NCBI GenBank assembly: GCA_965202585.1
Contig: OZ241832.1
Location: 48,918,001-48,982,000, forward strand
From: Thalia democratica
Lineage: Eukaryota
DNA length: 64,000 nucleotides
Reading direction: 5' to 3'
Shown here: in pieces, positions 39,059-51,000 of the stretch
Position numbering within the stretch: the stretch's first letter is position 1
How the letters are laid out: each line of letters begins with the position of its first letter
Notes under the pieces: generated by a model
What the model was told of the DNA's origin: nothing
Seen by the model: the letters and a program-made list of their open reading frames with translations, nothing else
Database searches by the model: none
Made by a program: the position numbers and the translations under genes

Positions 39059-39321
39059 CAGGGTTTCCCAAAGTGGGCCAAGTGGCCCCCTTAGGGGCAA
39101 TGACAGCTACTCAGGGGGCCACGAGCAGCAAAGGAGTAAGAGGGGGGCATGAGGTCATAATTTAAACTTACAATAGATATTATCGAGTTGCAGATGAAGA
39201 GCAAAAAAAAAAGATCCTAGGTGTTTTTTATGGTAGTTTTTGAGTAATCTTGTTGGAGGGGGCCATGGCTTTTTTAATTTCTTTAAAGGGAGCCATTTGC
39301 AAAAAAGTTTGGGAAGCCCTG
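39059..39321 (+). mobile_element. hAT (Charlie/Buster-like) MITE
   Basis: 16-bp TIRs CAGGGTTTCCCAAAGT and (reverse-complemented) CAGGGCTTCCCAAACT, 14/16 identical. 8-bp flanks ccttagac / ccctagtc (6/8, central TA) fit the nnnTAnnn target of Buster/Charlie hATs. Internal ggcccc/ggggcc motifs. Confidence 0.88.
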
Positions 39322-41531
39322 CCCTAGTCTCTACCAGTGCGTAATATACTGATAACCCTTATAATTATGTATGTAACTTTGTAATTATACTCAATATAGA
39401 TAAATTTGACTAATACTTTAATTTAACTAATGCTTTAATTTTAATATTATTTAAACTCTGATGAATTTTAACAATAAACTAAAATAACAAATATATTAAT
39501 TTTTTTAACAATTTTCAAAGAAAATTACAACACTTTAATTTTGTTATTATTTATTAGTTGTTAAAGTTTAAAGTAACATTATGCAATTTTTATTTGAAAA
39601 AACACCTGTAAAATTTCAAACAACTTTAACAGCGGTCTACCACATGAAAAGCAATTGTCAGAAAATCAAGTCGGCCCGTCTTTGGAAGGGTTTTTGAAAC
39701 AAAGCCGTAGAAAAAGGCCCTTATCGCGCAGTGAGTTTACACGCTTGTATCTACATTGAAGTTTGAACTTTAGCATCATGCAAGTATATTTTGTAATAAA
39801 ACTAACAGAACTTTATTATTCCGTTTTTATGATATTTACCATAGAACTACGCGATTTAAAGCGTTCAAATTTATTTTTAGTTATTAGGTAAAATCTGGTC
39901 ATTTTGTAGCACAAACTAAGAATAAACACAACTTTAAAAGTGTCTTATGTTAAGTCCAATAAAGTTTCGAACTTATATGAATTTGTTGAGCGCGACTAAT
40001 CGTCTCGTAATCTAATTTTGAACTCGAATAGAGCAATGCATTTACACACGCTAACCTTACAGCACCTACACGGGTCTCACATTTCAGCTTTTCAAAAAAA
40101 TTGAGTTAGAGTAATCAGATAAGCGTTGTTAAAGCTCATCACATACACCGAAGTTGCTTCAGTAAACATATGTTCTCGTGTGTGTGTTGTGCTGCGAGAT
40201 TACCGGGCGAAATCTTGTTTGTTAGAAATCTTTCTGCCTTGTTGAACACGTTTATTGATTGATGGGCGATCTGTTTGAGAAATGCTGTTTCAAAATGGAT
40301 TTCGCGTTGCTTGTGTGTTTCTGTTTAGTCTGCGCGTGTTGCTCTGTGTGATATGAAATTTAATTATCGGCTGATTTTTTGAGCTCGACTTCTGGTTTTC
40401 CTGCATGGTTTAATTAAAAAGGCTTGATCTTTGTTGTGACTAATTTTATGTTATATCATTAAATACACTTTAGAAAATTTTAATTTTATGTAAAATATCT
40501 TCAAATCTATTTTACCTTACTTAACTCGACTGTCTTTATTTTGAAAATATTTTTGGCTACCTACTTTCAAATAGCAGAATACAAAAAAAAACGCTTTATT
40601 GTTTATTTGTCCTACGTGGCGTTTGTCAAACATTTTCAATGCTCATGTTTGTCAAGATTAAAAGATAAAATGTGAAACATAAAGAATATTTCTTAATCAT
40701 AGAACAAGTAAACAGGGAAAAAGCTGTGTTTCCAAAAATAAATTACTCTCCGTACTCGTGTTTGAACGAACGAAATCATTTAAAGGTGAAAAGTTACGTT
40801 TAAATGTGCGTTAAAACATGTGTTTCAGTTTACTCAAAATATTTTTAACAAATAATAATGTTTTTTCTTCCTTGGAAATTTAGTTTATTAATGCAGCAAA
40901 TAATTTACTTAATCTACTTTTTTCCGAATTTTACATTGTTTGCAACCTGTTTTACAACACTGAAAAGAAAATGCTGACCTTTAAGTAGTGTTACAGCGAA
41001 GGTTTTATCAAAAATAATTTTAAAACAACATAAATAAAACGAAGACACTCTGTTTAATATTTTCACTTAATGCTTTGTTTTTCCCATTTCTTACTGTTAG
41101 TCACAAAAAAGAGAAAACGAGTTTTAAGGGTCAACCTTAAGTCAAAAAAAATCCATCGGCAAACAATAACAGGATATTTCGGCTCTTGAAAAAATATGTT
41201 GAAGCTTGAAATTTTATTCGTCATCTTGTTGTTATAAATAGGCGTAATTCACACGGCAAGGCCTCAGCTCCGAACAGGTCAGCACTCTTCGGCGTATTTT
41301 TCTCGTTGCTAAGGTAACAATGGTTGTGGCAGCTGAAAACAATTAGACGCGAGGCAATTGGCAGTTTTTTATTGTCGCCAGCACCGAGGCCTAATCGCAT
41401 TTTTGCGCGCATGATTGGTGATTTCGCGCACAAATCAATCTTTATAACGACACCGATCTAATGTGAAGTATCTCGTCATAATAGCTTACAAAAAGTCGGC
41501 TTAAAAAATTTTCTCACACGCTAGCAAGCAT

Positions 41532-41546
41532 GTGTGTGTGTGTGCG
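41532..41546. repeat. (TG)n microsatellite
   Basis: tgtgtgtgtgtgtgc within a CpG-rich island. Confidence 0.75.
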
Positions 41547-44500
41547 CTGGATAATTTATTTTTTCAGCTTTTCATTTTTATTTAATTCGGTGGAAACTCA
41601 GACAGGGCCATTTTTCTTCCGTGCTGGCATTAGAGCACTCGCGGTCGGTTCCTGCGTGTACATGAAGCAGCACAGAGCAAAAGTAATTGAAAATTACCGG
41701 ACATAATACTGATGGGCCCAACAGGTGTTCGTGTCATAATATTGACTAATCACCGGCTTAATTTTTGTCACCTGTGTGAGATATGGTGCTTTCATCTGTT
41801 TTTTTTATATTCAACTCTAGAAGGCCAAGTTGGTGCTGTGCTGTGTTTTTTGTTGTTCTTATAGTCACTTCTTAACTAGTTCTGATTTCTTAGTTTATAG
41901 TTTTTTCAAAGTTGTTTCTTTAAACATTATACAAAGTATTGAAATTTAAATGCTTTTTTTAGTGTATCACATACTTTTTTTATTATTAATTTCACAATTT
42001 TATTTATAGTTTCTGGAATTGAAAATACAACACTAACAACTAACTCTCAGGTTCTCTTATAAGGAAAAAATTAGTAGCTAAAACTTTCCCTTTTTAAATA
42101 AACACAAAAGAAAAAAAAAATCAAAGTTTGATTACGCAGAAGAGTATTTACATTTAAAAAATAGCTAGTTATAAAACAAATAATATATTATACTTTTGTT
42201 ATTTATTTTTGAAATACTTTTTTTTTAATTCGTCTGACTTAAGCCATAGCTTTATGAGCAATAAAATAAAAGTTTTAGACTAAACTATGCGGGATTATAA
42301 TCTAATGTTTCATGAAATCAAAGTACTTAAATTATTTTTTTCTAACTATAGTTTAGATATTTAAATTTTGCTTAAACTAAAATTGTAAATTTATAATATC
42401 TTCTTTTCAATTACCTAAGACCATCAGCTATCATTATGAATATAAACATGAAGGCTTGTTTCATAAAGTATTAGACAGTATATGTACATATAGAACTGTA
42501 ATTTCGATACGTATAGTGATTGTTTTCATATGCTTTTATGTTAACAGTTTTTAAAGTAACAGTATAAATACTCGTATTTTGTTACTTAGAAGTTTTATAC
42601 AAAAAAATTGTTAAATATTTTTTTTATCGTAAACACAGTTGATTGTTTTTTCAGTGCAAAAATAAACAAGAACTTAAAATTTGTTTACTTAGCATTATGT
42701 ATATACGACGTTTTTTAAAATAAAAACTAGCAGTTGCGGTTTTCGCTAAAAGTAGTAAAAGTATACTATTTTGGGAGAGTTAGATAATAAACTTAGTTTT
42801 ATGCGATTTAAAATATAAACATAAGTAGTTTTAATCATACCTATTTCCAGTTAAAATTTTTAACTATTAGATTCATAAATAAGTTTGTTAATGGTAATTA
42901 TTCCGCCAAACTAATACGCAAGGTACTAATATATTTATTTTTGGTAGAATTTTGTAAAAGAAAGTAAAGTTTTCAACAATCGTTACAATGAAATTAAAAT
43001 TATTAAAATAATTTAAAACTTTAAAAAAATTAAATTTGCTACCATTAACAAAATGTTTGCTTATATGTTAAGATTATTTATAAATAAATAACTATAAAGG
43101 AGACTGAATTATGTTTTTTAAAAGATTTAAAAACTTTTATTTACTAGGACACGTAATGTTATTTAATTAAAAAATATTTTATTATTGAACTAAAACTTAA
43201 AATAAAAAAATAAAAAATAATGCGCATTAATACTTGTTAAATGTCAATATTTATTAGTATATTTTTCAATGCTTATTAATAAACTAACCTTTTTGTAAAT
43301 ATTATTTTTAGCAACAGATGTTGGATTGTTCAAAACTATTTATTTTTTTAGATTTCTTACTTCCTTTAGATTTTTTGTTTAAAAATAAAAAAATATAGTG
43401 CAGTTGTGTTATTTTAAACATTTTATAAAAGTTTTATTTGTATACAATTCAAAAATCCTGGCAATTTTTTTGCTGTAAAGTTTTACAAGCCATAGTATTT
43501 TTTTAAACAAAAATTTAAAATCTGGTTTTAATTTTTTTTCGCAAAAACTTACGTTGTGGATTTTACACCCTATTACAAGAGTTCAAAAGCGCGTGCGCAC
43601 AAAATAAAACACTTTATTAAATAAACGCAAAAATTTGCAATTAGCTTTCATAATTATAAGCATTTTAAGCACATGAATGTTTCCAGGCATCGGGGTGTAA
43701 CCGCGCACTCTGGGGACAAACCAAACATAACAAATAACTGTTAAAACGCCTTTAAATCAATTTAATGTTGTTAACAAGATGTTTTTAACGTTTTTCACAC
43801 AAGCACACACTCACGATGATTGAAAAGTGTCTCGCAGCGCAAAATTGAGTGACTAGAGAGCGTTTTAATTATTTATGTCACCGTCGCAGCCTTTAATTGT
43901 ATCCTGGAAAATTGTTTTAACTCTCGGCTCTCTTTAAAATGTTTTAAATACGAAAAGTTTTATTGCCTTTTAACGAACTTATGAGGCGCAGCAAGGTGCA
44001 TGCGTGTCTTGTGAAAAAAATGGCCCACCGCTCATTTCGTTTTAATATTTCTGCCACCACCGTTGTGAATAATGTGTCTTATGGATTTTCATTCACTCCG
44101 ATTTTCCACTTGCCATTTACAACGCGAAATTAAGCCAGGTTGTTCAAACTGAGTTGCATGAAGTCGAATTGATACCTGGCGTTTGGTAAACGTTTGTAAG
44201 CATTTGTTGTGTTGTTTTGTTCTTGACACAACGTTTTAATAGATGACACGAATTTAACTTTTTTGTATCTTTGTAAAAAATAATAATTTAAGTGTTAAAA
44301 TTGAATAAAATTTTTACTACAAGTTTTATATGCAAGAGTTTTACATTAGTTTTGTAACTAACTTTTTTTTAAGTACATTATTCAACTAAAATTATCAGTT
44401 TTTAACGTTAAACAAGTCTTTTAAACAGAAAATTATTATTGGGTAGACATTTCTACTCTTGACGTATTAACACAATAAATTGTAGAATTGATTTTATGTT

Positions 44501-47500
44501 TAAGGAAATACGTTTACACAAGATTATAAAACCGCGCAAACTAACACTTACTCATTTTTTAAACTTTATATAATTAAGTTTAAGATCAACTTGTTTTCTT
44601 AGACTTATCTAGTATATCTGTTAATTGCTTCAATAAGATTTCAAATTAATGCTTAGACATCTTACTAATATTGATGACTGAATATTTTTGCTTTTACGCT
44701 CATAAATTAATTAATTTTAACATTTTTCTAGCCAGCCACTTCGAATTTTCACACACAAAAATAAAACAAAACCCTGCAAAACGTTTATTAGCTTTAAAAA
44801 TAAATAGTTCTGTTTTATTAAATTCATGCTGAAACTGACTTTATCGATGACAGGTTTTAGCGTTCAATTAAAAGACTGGGTTGCAATTAAAAGTGATGAT
44901 TTGTTGAGTGTGATTGATTTTGTTGGCGCGTTTTCCAGTCAGCACTAGTTAAAGGCCGAATGATTTTATTTATTTGAAGTAAATGTTACGCTTGTCAACA
45001 GCCTGCTTTGTACTTATGAAAATTTCCTTTAAATTTTCGCCTTTGTTTTGCTTTTTTGCCGAATGAAAAGATTAAGAATTGCTCCGATCGGATTAGATGT
45101 TTTACAAATAAAACAATACACACTGACTGATGAGCCCAATTGGCAGAAAGTGGGGTTGACGTAAAACGTTGAAGTTTTGCTAAGTAAACACTTTGTTAGT
45201 CTAGTCAAAGTTTTGCGATGCAACAAAATGTGATACCCTTACAACAAGTGTTTAAAGTGTAATATATTGCATAATATAACGATGTTAACCTGTTTGAAAA
45301 AAAAAAGCACAAATAAAAATATTGAAAAACAAAAATTTTAAAAACTATGTTAATAGTAGAGTTTAACTTTTTAATTATTTATCTGATGTTAACTTAGAAA
45401 TAGTTTTAAAAGTAGTCGTTATTTTTTAAGTGTTATAAGAAATAATATTTTAAGACTAGTGTTATACTTAAGTTATTTTTTTTTCAAAAGTTAAAAAAAA
45501 ATTTAATATATTTTACGAAAATAGTTATCTGTTATTGAGCACAGAAAATATGGTGTGATATATAACATTTTAAATTCATTTTTTGTTGAACTTTTACAAC
45601 AAACTATTTGTATATACTTTTTTCCATTATCTTTTTTATCATACAAAAGCGTGTTATTTACAAAGTGGAAACTTTTATCTTTACTAAAATCGGTGACTAA
45701 ACTATTTTGTACGTTTATGAATAAGTATAAATAAAAACTTATTTTGAATTCACGCATATGTTTTTTATTATAAATAAATTTGATAGTATCAAACCAACGT
45801 TTACAAGCTTACGATTTTTGTTTTTTTAATTCTTAAACGCTATAAAATGTGAATATTTCCCTAATCATTTTGTGTTAGTTAACATTTGATTGTGTAGTTC
45901 TAGCTTTTTTTTTGGAAAATCAGAATACACATATTCTAAATAGCTCACTGCTTTAGATACGATTTCACTCGAAGCATTTTTTTCGTTATAAATAGCACAA
46001 TCCGCATATTTACTCGAAGACAGAAACCACATTTTTTTCCTCAACTCTCTTCTCTCGCTTCGCATCGCATTCAATGGAGTGTGAATTGGCTGATAACTTT
46101 CATTGTTGTCGTGCGTGGCTCGAGGATGGGTTACTCATACATATACGTGTGTGTGTACTGTAAACTTGATTGCGTTGTCTGGTTGTTTTGTTACTGCAGT
46201 TTTTTTTTTGGTGCTCATTAGTTCAGTTGGGTGAGGAAAAGTATCAGTTTACACCTTACCTTTTTATTTGAGTTTTCGCAAAATATTAAACAGCATTTAT
46301 TGCATTACAAGAAATTAGTTATAAAAAACAATTTATTGTTTATTAAGTTATTTAGTTATTTTATATATATTTTTTTTTTTGGACGCAGATTCGTTTTATT
46401 TATGGCAGTGTTATTTTTTGCTTCACCTCTGGGGTATTAAGCCATGGTTTAGCGTGTTTCATTTTTTTTGAACTGACAAACACACGAATGTACATAAAAG
46501 AGGAAAGCTCATCATAATTATCAGCATCACCAGTGAGAGTGCATTGTTGTTTTGGGTGGGCTTCCCGAATGAAAGAAAAACTGAAAGTGCAAAGGGGGGT
46601 TTGAGCTGTGGGCAAATGACAATTACGCTGTGACAGCTGAGATTTCTCACTTGTGACAGAAAAGGAGATTGTTTTCATCGTTTCAATCAATACGTGGTGG
46701 GGTGCTGTGATGTGGGCGGCGTGTTAAAGCGAATTGCAGAAGCAGTGAGACTCTCGAGTAGGTGGTGACAATCACATCGTTCAAATTAAGCTTCTTTAGC
46801 TGCGTTAAGTGCTGCTTGCGGCGCGGCGCTGAAGTGCGCGCTCCCTTGATTTAGAATTATAATTTTTACTCTTAGTTTCATTTTATTAAAAAAATATGTA
46901 TGTTCTAATATAGCCACCGGTTTGTGTATAAAATATTATAATTTTTACTATTTCACTTTTTTTTCTTTTTAAGCTAGTTTTGTTAAGTATTTAAAAATGT
47001 ACTACAGTCTTGCGAATAATGCATGCGTTTGAAAAACAGTTTAGATTTAGGTATCATATTTAAAAAGAAAAATTTTTACGGCATCAATTTTTTTTTTCAA
47101 TTTAAAATAATTTAAACACTGTAGTCTATTTACAAACCTACTACAGTACTTAGTGTCTTACGAAGATTGCTTTTATTTAATAAATAGTTTAAGTCTGGGT
47201 AGTAGTAGCTAAAAAACGCAGGCAGCTAAATACTTAATTGTGTTTTGTTTACCAATAAGTAACTGCTCAAAGCAGTTGTAAGCGAATACAAGACAGAAAA
47301 TTGATCCGAAGCATCAATTAACATCAAAACCCTTCATACTGCAGGCTGCTTTCATGCATCAGCTTCTATGAGCTAACAATGGCCCGATATTGTATTCTAA
47401 TTCGCTTCTGCAAACGCTCTGAACACAGCTTAAAAGTATGGTTTAAAAGAACATTTTAAAGTACAATACTTGTGAAGAATTTTGTGTTCAGAAATGACCT

Positions 47501-47931
47501 AATAGAGCTGTTCGGATTTTTCACAAACATTTTTATTGAGTGCGCGAAAAACCGCCAGGAAAAAAGCGAGCAAATTACGATTTATAACCCGATTACGCAT
47601 TGCAGTTTAAAGTGGATTTGTCTGCGATTTGGTGCGCGGCTCAGATTTGTTACTTATTCGCAGCTGTGGTTTATAATTGAGAAATATCTCGCACGGGTTT
47701 AAGACGCGCTATTTTAGGAAGTTTTGTATAAATACAGATTAGGCACAAAGAACAAATTTGCTTAAATTGAGTTTTTCAATTACTTTTTTTAACATTTTGT
47801 AAAATTTTACTTAGAAACTATTTTATAAGTATGTAAGAAATACTTTAGCTATTTTCGTATATATTTATTGACGTTTTTTTTATTTTATTTTTTGCAAAAT
47901 GCACACCTAACAATTTATTTTTAAATTTTAG

Positions 47932-48057
47932 CTATACAAAATTAAAGGTAATCCCAACTTGAAAATCGAAAGCAGCAAAGAAACCAAGAACTTCACCAGA
48001 ATGATGAGGCATCATCAGCTATACGATCAGTGTCAAAACAACTGGATGTACGCACAG
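47932..48057 (+). CDS. tshz: Probable tshz exon (LYKIKGNPNLKIESSKETKNFTRMMRHHQLYDQCQNNWMYAQ)
   Basis: Acceptor ttaaattttAG at 47930-31 (phase 0) or attaaAG at 47946-47 (phase 1). Donor CAG|GTTGAT at 48058 is phase 0, matching the next exon. Many C/G-ending codons in AT-rich surroundings. Confidence 0.6.
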
Positions 48058-51000
48058 GTTGATTTTTTGATATGTTAAAACTTTAATCTCTCAACAAGTT
48101 CCGCACGCATCATTACCAATGCAGGTTTGAGGGCAGTTTTCAAAAAGCTCGGTGTAAAAACAATAAAAGCTCGGTGTTTATCGCAAAACATGCGCGACAC
48201 GACATGCGTAGTTTGTAATTCGCTTTGGAGCTTTCACTTTCAACTAAACAAAGCAGCGAGTGTCGCTTCGAATTATCTTTCAGATACTTTTTTTTGACCG
48301 TCTTGCAAGCCACACCACCGGTCTTAATTAGTTTATATCAAGCGAGTGTGTTGGTACAAGGCAACATATATTAGATTACTTTTGATGGCGAGAACTTAAT
48401 AACAAAGCATGTGTAAGCGGCACAGGCACGTTTAATATTAGAAAGCAATTGAAAGCGTGTTTGTTTTGATGCTCGGTGCGTCGCTTTCACACACTTTTGC
48501 GAATAAGACTCCCCCTTGAAAGAATGAAGGTTTTTCTCAGTGAGGTTTTGTTGGCGCTGCATCAATCAAGTGGCCAGCGTGCCATGTTCTCCTACATGAT
48601 TGTGCATCATAATCACACTACACACATGAGAAGCATGTTTCGCAACACGGCCAGTTTTGAGTAATGCACCAGCAGCGAGTCGGTGTGGAGAAAAGCTTTG
48701 AATTCAAAAAAGGAAATGGTTGGCGTTGCTGTTCAAACAAAGTCGCACGCAGAATTGTTTTATTTTCCTGAAAAGTCCAAATTGAGCTTAATTGGCAAAA
48801 AAGATTTTTAAGCACTCTCGGAGCAAAGCGCAAAAACCAATTTTAAAGTCTACTGACACTTCTTTAATAAATACTTTTTAATTGATTTGTTTTATTAAAA
48901 GGCAGTTGAAGAAACAGGAAACGTGAAAGCGAACTGTCACAGTTTGTAGCTTGCCACCCCTTATTTTTCACTTCTTTCAACTTGATTGATTAGGCCAGCG
49001 ACGCATTTTTCACACAAGTGCTTTTAGCTTGTTTTTGGTTTTTTTTAAAGCAGAAATCACAAATGAATGTGTAAATATTTGTGTTTAGTAGTCTGCGAGT
49101 AGCACAAGATAAATGATAAAAATACTTTTCAGAACACAGTGCTATGCTTATAATAAGAAAATATTGTGACAATTTTATCACAAGTATTTTTAGTTTGTAA
49201 TAAATTCTAGTACAAATTGATTTAAGAGCAACTGAAATATAGATATTAGTGTCAAAAGTTTATTTTTACAATTTTTTTTGAACTTGTAAACAAAATAGAT
49301 TGTTTTATTTTAACTAAAATGTTAAATTTAGCTGTATTTAATGACTTTGCTTGAGAAAAGTTTACAATTTCTTCTAAAATTTAAACTAATTTGTTTACTA
49401 AACTTTGTCACAACGTCAATACATTAAACTTAAAATTCACCTCGCAATAATGCTTCGTATTAATTGAACGCTGCGAGTCAAGTATAAATTCAAGAATTGC
49501 TGCCAAAATAATCTTGGAGAAGTGATAATACACATCCGAATGACGATTATATTTAGCAGTTTGGCGCTGCCTTCCCAAGCGTCAACATAAAATAAAACCC
49601 AATACACCGAGAGTTAATTGAAATGAAAATATTAAAAAAAAATAAAATTTCACAGCAGCAACGTTCCGACAACAACTGCCTGAGCAAGAGCAAGGCGGAA
49701 AGGTACAGGTGGTGCGTGCCGACCACGACGACCACCAGTGATCAGAACGCCAACCAGAACGGTTCGACCAGCAAGGCGAACGGGTCGAGTCACGTGACTA
49801 GCCTTAAAAGGTCCGCGAACCTTGCCGGATGCGACGTGACTCCATTGCCGGTTTGTTTGTGTTTTTTTTTATTGGTAAAAAATATGAACGCACTTGGTTG
49901 ACTTAAAGTGATAAAGTTTTCCAATCGTTACCGCTTAATGTTAACTTTATGTATATATTTATTATTTTTAAGCTGTTTTTTTTATCACTCAGCTTCTGAT
50001 GTTTACTTGTAAAATTGAGTATAAAAAACCCAAAACTGCTAATTTACAATAATAAAATTATTTTTTATATATAAGGAACCTCACAAATTATCTACATATA
50101 TATTTATCTTTATTGAAAACTTACATATTTTTTCTATAGTTCTTTAGTTGAGGCATACTATTTATAACTTATATTTAAAAAATTTACCTAAAAATACATC
50201 GTTTTTCTCATTGGAATAATTTCTACTTGAATAAGCTATCAATACTATGTTTAATTGTTTATTCAAGGAAACCTAACAACACTAAAAATAAAGGAACTAG
50301 TTTCAATAATATTTTATTTTAAGAAATTGAAAGAAAACGCCTAATAAAAACATGAATCTAAAAAAAAAAGCTTCAAACTTAAATCTACTACTTTCAACGT
50401 TTCCACTTTAGACTTTCCGGCGCATTCGCTCGCATTTATTTGCACATAAATAAGGTTAAAAGTTCGCCCGCTCAGCTGAAAAGCGACGGGCTGAGCAGCG
50501 GCAATTACCACACACGACGCTCATGAGTCCTCTGAGCTTGTTGACACCATCCGTCACTGTTGCACTGGATTTCGCATTCAAAAATGTTTTTCTATTTCAA
50601 TGTTTGAATGGGCCGAGTTTCTTTTGCGCTGAGTGATGGGAGGATTTCAATGTTTTCGAGATCAAGTAAGACTGATGAGCATTGTAGTCAGACATGCATA
50701 TTTTCTTTGTCTTTCGCTTTTCATTACGTATCTCGATTGCCTTTCGGTCGGTTGCAGTTTGACTTTATGGGTGGTTTGAAGCTGACTGTTTAATACACGT
50801 CAGTCAGCGCAGTTTGAAAAGCGAACAAAACCATTGAACAATACCCTACTAGCACAAAAAAAATGTATTTTATATACAAAACATAACTAGTATTTTTTCA
50901 CAGAAAAATTCTAATCTTTATTTATTTTCACAGGAGAAGCTGTTCAGCTCGGTGTTTTCGGGGGCTTCCCAGTTCACGTGCCGGGACTGCTGCTCCTCCT

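Noticed and set aside
41242-41277. 36-nt AG...CAG|GTCAGC symmetrical micro-exon candidate
   Set aside because: Weak acceptor, no homology, and it sits in an enhancer-like island; cannot be supported.
50220-50235. 14/16 match to the Ciona-type spliced leader ATTCTATTTGAATAAG
   Set aside because: Not followed by a GT donor and no Sm-site/stem-loop context; a plausible chance match in AT-rich DNA.
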